Positions 8,701-17,941 of a stretch of DNA of 64,000 nucleotides are shown here, piece by piece. Source of the DNA: an uncultured Geobacter sp. (GTDB lineage Bacteria; Desulfobacterota; Desulfuromonadia; Geobacterales; CAIOGM01); NCBI GenBank assembly GCA_903857795.1, contig CAIOGM010000051.1:4898-68897 (forward strand), written 5' to 3'. The notes beneath the pieces were generated by a model, which worked only from the letters and a program-made list of their open reading frames with translations, searched no databases and was not told the origin of the DNA. A program made the position numbers and the translations under genes. Each line of letters opens with the position of its first letter. The first letter of the stretch is position 1.

Positions 8701-10584
8701 ATGAAATATTTATACATACCCACATCATCATTAAATTTTAACAATATTTTATCGACTGGTTCGATTTCGCCACCAGTTGTTTATGCTGCACGCAGGTTCG
8801 GCTATAATAAATTCGAGGTTGTACCACCGAATCCATTCCATAACATACTGTTACTTTATGACCGTTATCCCGTATTTTCAATTACTGATGCGGATCGTGA
8901 CAACCATCCATTAGTGCTTCGGATATTGGCTGATCGTATTTCTTTAGACCTATCTGCGAACCGTGTTATTAATGTATACGACAAGACTATATACATTGAT
9001 CCTGCCTCAACAGAATTCTTGTTTAGCACTCAAGATGCAATAAGAATAACTTTAACAAAGGCAGAACCAAGCCTTACGACTAAGTTAGTCTGCCTTTATA
9101 GACTTGGTATAAATGTTGCTTGTCCTTCAAGTTGTGATTCATTCAACTGGTCACCAAATATGCTTGATAGTTATTGCGATGGACCGAACGAGGTGGCTCT
9201 CAGGAATTGTGAACCGGATTTGCGCATCAACCGGCTAAAAGGCTTTGCAACTGGATATATACTTGGAGCATATAAGTCACTAGATGAAAAGATAGCTAAA
9301 TTTATATCTGTAAATAAAGAGCAACGGAATGAAATTTCAGCATTACTGAATGATTCATCCAGAGGGAATCAGGAAAGACTCCGTCGTGCCCTGGAAGCTT
9401 GCGCTAACCTAGATGAGTTGTGGTTAACAGAAGGAGCCGGTCGGCAGCGGTTTGAGCCAGAGCAAGGGGACAGAATTGTCAATAACCGAGGGAGGATAGT
9501 CGCTATTGAATATCACCATGAAAGCGACATCCAATCTTCGTTGCTGATGGTAAAGTTATTCAATGATTACTGTCTTTCAAGTGGTTTTACCGGACAGATT
9601 GATGAAAGCATATTCGATTTGGCGATGGATGGCGCTAAGGCAATAAAAAATCTCATGGGTAACGAATGGGGAAATAGCCCGACTCGGACATATATCAATG
9701 ATCTGCTGAACAACATTAAAAGCGGAAGCCCATTTGACTTTAATTCATCACGCAGCCTCGCGTTGAGATCTTTTGCCGCCTTCGTTCAGAAGGGTGATGA
9801 TCTTGTCAAATTGGAAACATTTTTAGTTGATCAAGGCGTCGGAGATTTTAGGATTGCTTTTGCTTTATGGGGAGCAATGTTCGGATTCTCCAAGATTCCA
9901 AAAACTGTGTACAACCTACCAGAAATTCATGGTGATTTACAGTATTTAAAGAAAGTGCACAACTACGTTCACAGTGTTGTGCATGGAATACCTTTAGCTG
10001 ATCTCGAAGAAAAAAACACCCGACCAAAACAGCAGATCGTCAGTATTGGGACCCCTGTCTGTGGACAACTTCTGGAAGTGATAGAGAAGTTTAAAGAAAA
10101 ATTTCCTGACTGTAGCTCTTTAGTGCCGGTATTGACTAGTCTTCTTGTGGAATGTGGGGGTATTTGTAAGGATTTCATTGAAAAACTCGGTAAAGAAAAA
10201 TTCCCCCGTAAAAAAAACATACCCACAAAAAAAGACGTAGTTAGTTTTTTCAAGGACGCTCTCAAATCACAGCCAGATTCTTCGGAACAACTGCCTCTAT
10301 TGGCAGTTGAGCAAAAAACATTGAAACTCTGGGATGACCCACATGCTTGGGAGGTTGTTCTTGACGCAGTACCTCATAATTTTCAGGTAAAAATCAGGGA
10401 AGATCTTACTTGGTATCAGGAACGGTTAAAAGACCCTGATAACAATCATTTCAAGCCATTTAATGAAAGGTCGAACGGTTACGCAATAGGGAGTTTTAAT
10501 AAATTCTTGAAAAAAAATCGTTCGTATCTTGGGGATGACGTAATCAAGGCTATTGTTAACTTGCTGTCAAATAGATACCGTTAA
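8701..10584 (+). CDS. Hypothetical 627-aa protein, no motif recognised
   Basis: Long uninterrupted ORF in DNA with about 25-35 % GC, where random ORFs of this length are unlikely. It starts 15 nt after the helicase stop. No catalytic or nucleotide-binding motif was recognisable by eye. Confidence 0.6.
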   Translation: MKYLYIPTSSLNFNNILSTGSISPPVVYAARRFGYNKFEVVPPNPFHNILLLYDRYPVFSITDADRDNHPLVLRILADRISLDLSANRVINVYDKTIYIDPASTEFLFSTQDAIRITLTKAEPSLTTKLVCLYRLGINVACPSSCDSFNWSPNMLDSYCDGPNEVALRNCEPDLRINRLKGFATGYILGAYKSLDEKIAKFISVNKEQRNEISALLNDSSRGNQERLRRALEACANLDELWLTEGAGRQRFEPEQGDRIVNNRGRIVAIEYHHESDIQSSLLMVKLFNDYCLSSGFTGQIDESIFDLAMDGAKAIKNLMGNEWGNSPTRTYINDLLNNIKSGSPFDFNSSRSLALRSFAAFVQKGDDLVKLETFLVDQGVGDFRIAFALWGAMFGFSKIPKTVYNLPEIHGDLQYLKKVHNYVHSVVHGIPLADLEEKNTRPKQQIVSIGTPVCGQLLEVIEKFKEKFPDCSSLVPVLTSLLVECGGICKDFIEKLGKEKFPRKKNIPTKKDVVSFFKDALKSQPDSSEQLPLLAVEQKTLKLWDDPHAWEVVLDAVPHNFQVKIREDLTWYQERLKDPDNNHFKPFNERSNGYAIGSFNKFLKKNRSYLGDDVIKAIVNLLSNRYR

Positions 10585-10609
10585 CCGATATAACTCAAAA
10601 GGAGTAGTC

Positions 10610-10876
10610 ATGCTAGATCTCCATAATGAGCCTCTATTGCAACTTATTTCTAAGCTTCAAGACCATTTAGCTAACAATGAAACTGAAGTCTGTATCAACC
10701 ATGACATGGCTGCTGCAGCATTCCCCCAAAGTCATATCTTTGATGATCGAAAAGTCAATTGGAATACACAAGAAGAATGGTCTGATATTAATGGATGGAC
10801 TGTCCGACCTCTCACAGAAGAAACTCCTGTAGAAGACAGGCACAGGCCGTATATATTGTTCACGAAAATCTTTTAG
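10610..10876 (+). CDS. Hypothetical small protein (88 aa)
   Basis: ATG at 10610 preceded by AAAGGAG. It follows the 627-aa gene within 25 nt and shares its AT-rich composition. The ORF-track start at 10553 would overlap the previous gene and lacks an RBS. Confidence 0.45.
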   Translation: MLDLHNEPLLQLISKLQDHLANNETEVCINHDMAAAAFPQSHIFDDRKVNWNTQEEWSDINGWTVRPLTEETPVEDRHRPYILFTKIF

Positions 10877-11023
10877 GGGTGGCTTGTGCTTGTTCCTATT
10901 TGTCATCAGGAAAATAAAGGGACAGGCAACAAATAGACTGACCAGTCGACACCACGATCAGCCAAAGTATGAACTGACTGGCGGAAGAGGGATGAAAGGA
11001 GTGTTGTCCTGTGTCGAGTCGTT

Positions 11024-11075
11024 GGCAAACCGGCAATAGTCACCAGGCGGTCGGGGTGACTATTGCCGGTTTGCC
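11024..11075. repeat. Perfect 21-bp inverted repeat (hairpin) with a 10-nt loop in a ~590-bp non-coding gap
   Basis: GGCAAACCGGCAATAGTCACC (11024-11044) and GGTGACTATTGCCGGTTTGCC (11055-11075) are exact reverse complements. No T-tract follows on either strand. Confidence 0.85.
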
Positions 11076-11470
11076 CATCTCAAATGTTGGGAACAGTACA
11101 GACGAGTCGGATGCGCCGCTAAAGCCGGTAGAGAGCGTTGCCAGAGCGACTCACACTCCATTGGGTAATCTGTTTCTCGATGCGACACCGTGCGAGCCTT
11201 TGCCTATAACCATGGGGACGGCTAGGCTGAAAAGCCCGAGGACGTGATTTAACTCTTTCTGCAGCGCCAGGACTTGATTACAGGTATACCGGTAACGGAA
11301 TTACCGGTTCCCGGAAATCACCTCTCTAGAATCATAAAGGCAAAAATAAGAATAAAAAATAAACGCGGCTATCCGGAAAAAGTTCGTACTATTTTTTGAA
11401 AACCACCGGACCAGCGCCGTGTCCCATATTAGAAGCCGAAAGTATCGGCAACCGATTATGGAGGCACGGT

Positions 11471-12349
11471 ATGTTCCCCTCGCACAATCCTGCACAGCAA
11501 GTCTTCTCCTGGCACTGTCACGGCAAGAGCATCCCCGAATCCGGGCTGACCTCTGCCGCCATCAACATGCGTGAACCGGTGTCCCGGGTCAGGATGCTCT
11601 ACCAACAACCGATTGGCCGTACACTCCCCTACGATAACCCCGAGTTCCGTTCGGCCTATCTCCTCGCCTACTTCCCCTACTATATTGAGCCCATCTGCCA
11701 TGTGCTGGAAACAGTCAACTTTCCTGACTCGCTCTTTGCCTCCGGAACCCTGAAGGTTGCCTTCTTCGGTGGCGGTCCCTGCCCAGAACACCTTGGACTG
11801 GCGGCATATCTTCGCCGGCGTGCTCCCCGCCTGTCCCGTGTCGATGCAACGGTGTTCGACCGCCAATCCGGCTGGAACCCTGTCCAGCAGGAACTGGTGC
11901 CATCCATGCTGGAGTCATACCGGTCAGGGAGAACAACTTTCGATCTGAATAGCAGATCGTGCGATGTGGTAGAATGCCTCGCCCGCCACTGCAACTGCGG
12001 CGTGGCGGAGACGGACCTCATCATTGCCCAGAACTTCCTGACCGAGGTCTACCTGGACAGAACCCGCGCCATTGAGACATTCGAGCGGTTGATCCGGCGC
12101 TCCAACTGCCGCTACCTGGTCTTTATCGATAACACGTACGATCAGGTCAAGGAGCTGATGAACGATATCTCCGGCCACCTGTACGATCAGGGACTGACCA
12201 GATCAAGATCAATCGCAGTGACAAGATCCATCATGCCGAACTTCCGGTTACCGCCGGTCATGCAGCAGCATCTCTTCATCGGGGGAAACTTGTTGCAGCC
12301 CAAATACAAGGTTCACTTCCATCACATGGTTCTTGAGATAGCGAGGTAA
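11471..12349 (+). CDS. Putative class I SAM-dependent methyltransferase-like protein
   Basis: ATG at 11471 preceded by GGAGG. LKVAFFGGGPCPEHLGLAAYL resembles SAM-binding motif I (xFGxGPG), and DLIIAQNFLTEV resembles the post-I/IV region. The next gene starts 4 nt after its stop. The family assignment is tentative. Confidence 0.4.
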   Translation: MFPSHNPAQQVFSWHCHGKSIPESGLTSAAINMREPVSRVRMLYQQPIGRTLPYDNPEFRSAYLLAYFPYYIEPICHVLETVNFPDSLFASGTLKVAFFGGGPCPEHLGLAAYLRRRAPRLSRVDATVFDRQSGWNPVQQELVPSMLESYRSGRTTFDLNSRSCDVVECLARHCNCGVAETDLIIAQNFLTEVYLDRTRAIETFERLIRRSNCRYLVFIDNTYDQVKELMNDISGHLYDQGLTRSRSIAVTRSIMPNFRLPPVMQQHLFIGGNLLQPKYKVHFHHMVLEIAR

Positions 12350-12352
12350 GCA

Positions 12353-13327
12353 ATGATCATCTCCGCCAGCAGACGCACCGACATCCCCGCCTTCTACAGT
12401 GACTGGTTCATGAACCGGGTGCGGGAAGGATATTTCTACCGGGTAAACCCCTTCAACAGCAACCAGGTTTCCGGGTTCAGCTTTAATCCAGCAGATGTGG
12501 ACGCCATCTGCTTCTGGACGAAGAATCCTGCCCCGCTCATGAAGCACTTGAATGAGCTGAACGATCGGGGGCTCAACTACTACTTCCAGTTCACCCTCAA
12601 TCCGTATGGCAGGGAGTTTGAGCCGCATGTGCCGCCGCTAGAAGAGCGTGTTGCGACTTTTAGAGAACTGGCAGGACGCATTGGGCCGGCACGGGTGATC
12701 TGGCGCTACGATCCGGTCATTCTGACCAGCGTCTCACCTGTATCCTGGCATCTGGAGCAGGCTGAGCGTATTGCCAGCCAGCTCAGAGATGCCACCTGCC
12801 GCCTGGTGTTCAGCTTTTACGATTTCTACGGCAAAGGACAGGGCCGACTTAATCAGGCACTGAGAAGCACAGGAATCATCCTGGATGACATCACCTTGCC
12901 AGAACGGTCCAAGGAACTGGACGCACTGATTCGTGGTTTCAAGAGCATCGCCACCACGCACAAACTGCGGATTTTCTCCTGTAGCGAGGACGTGGATCTC
13001 TCGACAATCGGCATCGAACATGGTGCCTGCATCGACGGGACATTGATACAAGAACTCTTCGCCGCCGCTCCCTCAATGATTAAGGACAAGAATCAGCGCC
13101 AGGCGTGCGGCTGCGTCGAGTCGGTGGACATGGGTATTTACAATACCTGCCATTTCCGGTGCTCGTACTGCTATGCCAACTTCAATGAAGCGATGATCGA
13201 GAGTAACTGCCGGAAGCACTACCCTGACAGCCCGTCACTTATAGGACGTTATGAGGGACATGTAGAAATCCAGAAATCTCTGGCTAAAAAAAAGAAGTGT
13301 GGCGGGTCTCAGCTAACTTTATTCTGA
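12353..13327 (+). CDS. DUF1848 domain protein (radical-SAM-like CX3CX2C near the C-terminus)
   Basis: The N-terminus MIISASRRTDIPAFYSDWFMNRVREGYFYRVNPFN...FWTKNP is the characteristic DUF1848 signature as I recall it. CHFRCSYC (CX3CX2C) lies at nt 13148-13171. Confidence 0.8.
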   Translation: MIISASRRTDIPAFYSDWFMNRVREGYFYRVNPFNSNQVSGFSFNPADVDAICFWTKNPAPLMKHLNELNDRGLNYYFQFTLNPYGREFEPHVPPLEERVATFRELAGRIGPARVIWRYDPVILTSVSPVSWHLEQAERIASQLRDATCRLVFSFYDFYGKGQGRLNQALRSTGIILDDITLPERSKELDALIRGFKSIATTHKLRIFSCSEDVDLSTIGIEHGACIDGTLIQELFAAAPSMIKDKNQRQACGCVESVDMGIYNTCHFRCSYCYANFNEAMIESNCRKHYPDSPSLIGRYEGHVEIQKSLAKKKKCGGSQLTLF

Positions 13328-13397
13328 CGTTTAATGCTATCCAAGGACGTACTCCTGTGATCTGGTACGGTCTGGCGACAATTCGTAAGGGCTTGTC

Positions 13398-14681
13398 ATG
13401 GCTAGAGTAGAATTTAAAACATACCAGGAAGCGTCAATGTTTGCTAAGAAGCTATCGATAGCTATCAGTGCTACGACTATGGTGCACAGGGATGGTGAAA
13501 CCTGGTGGGTTAGTGATCCAAGAATTGAAACTGTTAACTCTGATTCTGTTGCAAAATTTGCAGAACCTTCACCTGAAAAGCAACTCTACATATTTGATAT
13601 GGAAGGATCTCTCGTATCAGTTTCTGAGGATGGCAGAGTTGACTCACCAGGTCACTCCGCGCAGACGTCATCAAAGCATATATCCACAAATAGAAACAGT
13701 GACTCTTTCACGGACCGCTTAAAACATCTCCAGGAGCATCTCAATAAAAACATAATTGGGCAGGAGGCCCCTATTGATTTGATATGCAGGAGGCTCCGGA
13801 TTGCATCTACCAATTTATCTCATAGATCCGGACCGCTAGGGGTATTCTTGTGTATAGGTCCATCAGGGGTGGGCAAAACCGAACTGGCAAAAAGAGTTGC
13901 CTCATATCTCTTGGGAGGGGAAAAGTTCCTCATCCGCCTCGACATGTCGGAATATATGGAAGCGCATAGCGTCTCCAAGCTCATCGGGTCACCCCCGGGC
14001 TATGTAGGCTATGCCGAAGAGGGTCAATTGACCGGGAGGTTGCGTGAACATCCGAACTCTGTACTGCTTCTGGACGAGGTAGAAAAAGCCCATCCGTCTG
14101 TTATGGATATGTTTCTGCAGCTCTTTGGCGAGGGGCGTATCACCAATTCAAAAGGCGAGACTATTGACGCAAAAAACGTGATCGTAATTATGACGTCAAA
14201 CATCAGAATCCAAGAAAGCAGCAAGAGCAAGATCGGTTTTGGCGCTGCTGGCACGGCAAGCCGAGCGGCGACTGAAATCCAGCTCGATTCCTTGAAAACT
14301 TTCTTTCGCACGGAGCTGCTCAACAGGATCGACAGGGTTGTCATCTTTAATACACTGGATCACGCTAGCATCCGAAGGATCATAGAGCCTCTGTTGGCGG
14401 AGATACGGACTAATCTATTGAAGCTGTACGGAACGAAATTGTTTATCAGTGATGATTTGATTGAGTTTTTGATTAATGAAGGGTATGACCCCGAATTTGG
14501 AGCACGGGAACTGAAGCGTACTGTTGAGCACTTTATTCAGGGAGGATTGGGTGAATTGATGATCCACAGGGAATTGGTGGCGGGGGATAGTGTCACCGCA
14601 TACATAGCTGATGCAGCCATCGCATTTTCTTTGGATAGATGTTCTGTACCAGGGAAGCGAGATACAAAAATAAAATTATAA
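13398..14681 (+). CDS. Clp/Hsp100 D2-type AAA+ ATPase with a ~105-aa unknown N-terminal domain (no D1, no middle domain)
   Basis: [28 protein letters not shown] (Walker A), [13 protein letters not shown] (Walker B), VIVIMTSN (sensor 1), [16 protein letters not shown] (sensor 2) and SPPGYVGY are all as in ClpB/ClpA D2. Confidence 0.8.
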   Translation: MARVEFKTYQEASMFAKKLSIAISATTMVHRDGETWWVSDPRIETVNSDSVAKFAEPSPEKQLYIFDMEGSLVSVSEDGRVDSPGHSAQTSSKHISTNRNSDSFTDRLKHLQEHLNKNIIGQEAPIDLICRRLRIASTNLSHRSGPLGVFLCIGPSGVGKTELAKRVASYLLGGEKFLIRLDMSEYMEAHSVSKLIGSPPGYVGYAEEGQLTGRLREHPNSVLLLDEVEKAHPSVMDMFLQLFGEGRITNSKGETIDAKNVIVIMTSNIRIQESSKSKIGFGAAGTASRAATEIQLDSLKTFFRTELLNRIDRVVIFNTLDHASIRRIIEPLLAEIRTNLLKLYGTKLFISDDLIEFLINEGYDPEFGARELKRTVEHFIQGGLGELMIHRELVAGDSVTAYIADAAIAFSLDRCSVPGKRDTKIKL

Positions 14682-14697
14682 CAAGGAGTTGAAAATC

Positions 14698-15126
14698 ATG
14701 GCATCACTCAACAAGGCGTTTTTGATAGGTAATCTGGGAAAGGACCCCGAAGTACGGCACACTCCAACCGGGCAGACCGTCACCACTTTCTCCCTGGCGA
14801 CATCTGAAAAGATCAAAACCAAGGATGGGAATTGGGAAGACCGTACAGAATGGCACCGAGTTATCTTGTGGGGGAAGCTTGCAGAAATTGCAGGTGAGTA
14901 CCTGCAGAAGGGCAAGACGGTTTATATCGAAGGTCGCATCCAGACCCGAAAATGGGAGGACAAAAGCGGCCACATGAATTACACCACAGAAATTGTCGGG
15001 GAGGCAATGCAGCTGCTTTCACCGAAAAAAGATGGTGGTAAGGGGTATACGGCATCCGGTGATGACATCCAATCTGGGGGTAATTTTCCGAGAGAAATTA
15101 ATGATTACGATGATATACCGTTCTGA
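14698..15126 (+). CDS. ssb: Single-stranded DNA-binding protein
   Basis: [37 protein letters not shown]...[12 protein letters not shown]...[16 protein letters not shown], a Gly-rich tail and the acidic tip DYDDIPF. AAGGAG lies 9 nt upstream of the ATG at 14698. Confidence 0.9.
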   Translation: MASLNKAFLIGNLGKDPEVRHTPTGQTVTTFSLATSEKIKTKDGNWEDRTEWHRVILWGKLAEIAGEYLQKGKTVYIEGRIQTRKWEDKSGHMNYTTEIVGEAMQLLSPKKDGGKGYTASGDDIQSGGNFPREINDYDDIPF

Positions 15127-15134
15127 CACCGTAA

Positions 15135-15163
15135 AATTGGAGGGGAATATCCCCCCTCCAATT
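15135..15163. terminator. Hairpin between convergent ssb and dehydrogenase genes
   Basis: AATTGGAGGGG (15135-15145) pairs with CCCCTCCAATT (15153-15163), an 11-bp perfect stem with a 7-nt loop. There is no strong T-tract. Confidence 0.4.
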
Positions 15164-15284
15164 CATCATCATTCTGGATCATCTCCTGCGCGGTCAGAGT
15201 TCCTAAGATCTTTTTCCTCTTCCCTTGGTCGACTTATGGCATCTGCCGATAGGCCCATTGAGTTGTTAAGGTGATTTGGGAATC

Positions 15285-16226
15285 TTATTGGTGTGGTGAA
15301 TACTTCTGGAGGGTCTCAAGCCACTCCTCAATAAAGAGGTCTATATACTCCCGACTGATGGCGCTGGAATGAGGCGTGATCAGGACGTTATGTTGCGCCC
15401 AGAGAGGCGAGGAGGCAGGCAAGGGCTCCTCGGCAAAGACATCCAGACCGGCCCCAGCCAGGTGACCATTCTCAAGGGCAACCAGAAGCTCTTCCTCCCG
15501 GTAGCAGTTCCCTCGTCCCAGGTTATAGAGAAAGGCTCCCGGCTTCAACGCATCGAAATGCCGTGAGGTGAAAATCCCATCGGTTCCCGTCCCGCCAGGC
15601 AGCAGTAAAACCACATGGTCGGCTTCAGACAGTTCCTCCTCCATCCTGTCAAAGGAGATCACCCTGTCAACAACAGGGCTCCCCGCAAAAGATTCCGGGT
15701 TGCGTTTGACCCCGGTGATATGCGCACCGAATGCTTTCAGCAGCTCCGCTATCGATTGCCCAAGCGCCCCGAAGCCGACGATTATTACCCGCTGGCTGAA
15801 AAGCCCGGTACAACCGCTGTAGTCAAGACGGCCCCACATCCGACGGCTTTGATCATCAAACGATTTACCAAGTCGCCGGTTGAAGTACAGCATCATGGAG
15901 AGAAGACTCTCGCGCATGATACGGCCGTGGAAACTGCCATAGAACGTCATCACCCTTCCTGACGGGTCAGCCTCAACCCAGTCACGGCCGGCGGCGGGAG
16001 TGAACAGCACCTTGAGCCTGGGGGCGTGGTCATACCACTCGGATCTGAACAGCCACACCAGGGCACACTCAGCATTAGGAAGCCTGTCCATGAAGTCGCT
16101 GTTACTCGTCGCAACGGTAATGCAAACTTCCGGGAGAGCCTGACCAATCTGCTCGATATGCCTCGGCTTCAGGGTGAAGGCGTCAATATTGTTGTGCAGA
16201 TGGATAAGGAGATTGCTGATTCCCAT
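15285..16226 (-). CDS. D-isomer-specific 2-hydroxyacid dehydrogenase family protein
   Basis: NAD-binding segment VIIVGFGALGQSIAELLKAFGAHITGVKR; C-terminal LYNLGRGNCYREEELLVALENGHLAGAGLDVFAEEPLP...LITPHSS. The start was chosen at MGISNLL (16226); an upstream ATG at 16298 is possible. Confidence 0.8.
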   Translation of the reverse strand: MGISNLLIHLHNNIDAFTLKPRHIEQIGQALPEVCITVATSNSDFMDRLPNAECALVWLFRSEWYDHAPRLKVLFTPAAGRDWVEADPSGRVMTFYGSFHGRIMRESLLSMMLYFNRRLGKSFDDQSRRMWGRLDYSGCTGLFSQRVIIVGFGALGQSIAELLKAFGAHITGVKRNPESFAGSPVVDRVISFDRMEEELSEADHVVLLLPGGTGTDGIFTSRHFDALKPGAFLYNLGRGNCYREEELLVALENGHLAGAGLDVFAEEPLPASSPLWAQHNVLITPHSSAISREYIDLFIEEWLETLQKYSPHQ

Positions 16227-16298
16227 GGCTACTTTTCGCTTTCGGGGTTCGAACTCTTCACCGCTCGGCCGGGATGTCCGTTGTGGTGACGTTCCCAT

Positions 16299-17066
16299 TC
16301 ATTTCCTGGCGACCTTGCCCACCGGGGCGATGTAGACGGTGAGCTCCTCAATGCCGTCGACAGCTACCAGTTCATCCGCCAAAGTCTGATTATAGGCGGC
16401 GATGGCGCAGGTGCCGCAGCCGATCGCTTCGCAGGCCAGGTACAGGTTCTGGCAGACATGGCCGGCATCGAGGGCGATGACCTTGTAGGATGCCTCGGCA
16501 TAGCGCCACTCGGTGCGCGCCATGACCGCACTCCAGATGAAGGTTACGGCTGCTTGCCCGGCAAAGGCCTGACCGCGGCAGGCGGCGGTGAGACAGGCGG
16601 ACAGATTGGGGATGTCTCGTTCATGAACCAGAGCGTGATCCAGTGGGAGGTAGCGGTACAAGCCCGGGTCAAGACCGGCAACTCCAAGGAGACCAAGGTA
16701 GGTCTCAAAGGGGTGACGACAACCGGCGGAGGGAACCGTGCGCAGCACCGCCGCTTCGTGGATTACTGACCGAACACCCTGGGTAGCCCAGAGGAGGAAG
16801 GCCAGTTCATCGAGAGAAAGGGGATCACCCGTAAAGCGACGGTGGCTCTCGCGATCGGCGATGGCTGTCTGCAGGTCATACGCCTTGACAGACCATTCCT
16901 GTGGGGACGGCAGGGAGATGACCCGGTTGCCCGGGTGCGCCGGCTTCTGGACAGGAGGCGGTTCGAGACCCGCAGATTGCCGGGTGCTATAAAAATTGAC
17001 CTCTTCCCTGATCCGGTCCGTCAGGAAGTATCTGCCACTCTCAGTGGTTATCGTCGGCTTCCTCAA
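16299..17066 (-). CDS. SagB/ThcOx-type nitroreductase-family dehydrogenase
   Basis: ESHRRF...LSLDELAFLLWATQGV...RTVPSAGCRHPFETYL...IWSAVMARTEWRYAEASYKVIALDAGHVCQNLYL fits the SagB-type nitroreductase fold pattern. Confidence 0.7.
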   Translation of the reverse strand: MRKPTITTESGRYFLTDRIREEVNFYSTRQSAGLEPPPVQKPAHPGNRVISLPSPQEWSVKAYDLQTAIADRESHRRFTGDPLSLDELAFLLWATQGVRSVIHEAAVLRTVPSAGCRHPFETYLGLLGVAGLDPGLYRYLPLDHALVHERDIPNLSACLTAACRGQAFAGQAAVTFIWSAVMARTEWRYAEASYKVIALDAGHVCQNLYLACEAIGCGTCAIAAYNQTLADELVAVDGIEELTVYIAPVGKVARK

Positions 17067-17092
17067 GATTTGCCCCCTATCGGCGATTCCGG

Positions 17093-17917
17093 TTATGCCA
17101 TCCGGTGGACCGGAGGTGGTCCATGCTGCGCTGTCCTGGCATAGGTGAATGCCGGTTTGCCGAATGCCATAGCATATCCGACTGTGTGCTCTTCCGGGAT
17201 ACCGAGACGGGTACGGAACTCCGGCAACAGGTCGTTGATGGCCAGTTTGGCTAGCCCGTCCCAGACGGTACCGACCCCTAATGTCTGTGCAAACAGCTCA
17301 AAGGTGGTCAAGGCGATCAGACAATCCTCAACCGGGGTCACGATGCTTTGTGGTGCCGAAACAACCAGAAAATGCGGGGCACCCCGGAAAAGGATGTCTA
17401 TACCATGTTCTTCCCAGGCTCGATAGAAATCAGCAAAAAACTCCAACCCTGGCGGCAGCTTGTTTTCCTTTATCAGCTTGCCCAGACCACGCATTATATC
17501 ATCGCGCAGCAGTGCCAGTTTTTCCCGATCATCAACAATCGTGAAATGCACCTGCCGGGCGTTCAAACCGGATGGGGCGTAACATGCCACGTCCAGTAAC
17601 CGCTGAAGCAGTTCCGGTTCAAGGTTCTCAGGCTTGTAGCGTCTGACTGCCCGACGTCCTTTTATAAGCAGTTCCATGTCGCCCGCATCGGGCAATACGC
17701 CGGTCAACGGCCGGCTGTTAGCCGGGTCAAGCCCCAGAATGGATACGGCTCCGGTGGGGCATACGGTCAGGCAATGCTGACACCGGTAGCACCCGGCCTC
17801 TTTTTCCGGAGGGATAAAAGGAGAGCCATCATCCATAGAAATAATGCGTGACGGGCAATCGGCGACACATGCGCCACATCTGGTACATTTTTGCGGGTCT
17901 ACGTTGAAATTGATCAT
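17093..17917 (-). CDS. Nitroreductase with N-terminal 2x[4Fe-4S] ferredoxin domain
   Basis: CTRCGACVADCP and CYRCQHCLTVCP motifs, followed by a nitroreductase-like domain (RRAVRRYKPE...APSGLNARQVHFTIV). Confidence 0.8.
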   Translation of the reverse strand: MINFNVDPQKCTRCGACVADCPSRIISMDDGSPFIPPEKEAGCYRCQHCLTVCPTGAVSILGLDPANSRPLTGVLPDAGDMELLIKGRRAVRRYKPENLEPELLQRLLDVACYAPSGLNARQVHFTIVDDREKLALLRDDIMRGLGKLIKENKLPPGLEFFADFYRAWEEHGIDILFRGAPHFLVVSAPQSIVTPVEDCLIALTTFELFAQTLGVGTVWDGLAKLAINDLLPEFRTRLGIPEEHTVGYAMAFGKPAFTYARTAQHGPPPVHRMA

Positions 17918-17941
17918 CGGTTACTCCACTGTTGTAATGTC

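Noticed and set aside
11015-11095. The big hairpin as an integron attC site bounding the AT-rich cassettes
   Set aside because: The flanks (GTTGGCA / GTTGGGA) only loosely resemble the GTTRRRY core. The stem is perfect, without the extrahelical bases typical of attC, and no integron integrase is present.
11011-11247. 78-codon GTG-initiated ORF in the long spacer
   Set aside because: It has no RBS. The 21-bp perfect hairpin lies inside it, and the composition is not coding-like. It was treated as non-coding.
16240-16275. The GGTTCGAA string, which resembles a tRNA T-loop
   Set aside because: The flanking bases cannot form a T-stem (CGGGG versus TCTTC). It lies inside a protein-coding region. 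No cloverleaf could be built here or at the similar GGTTCGAGACC near 16960.
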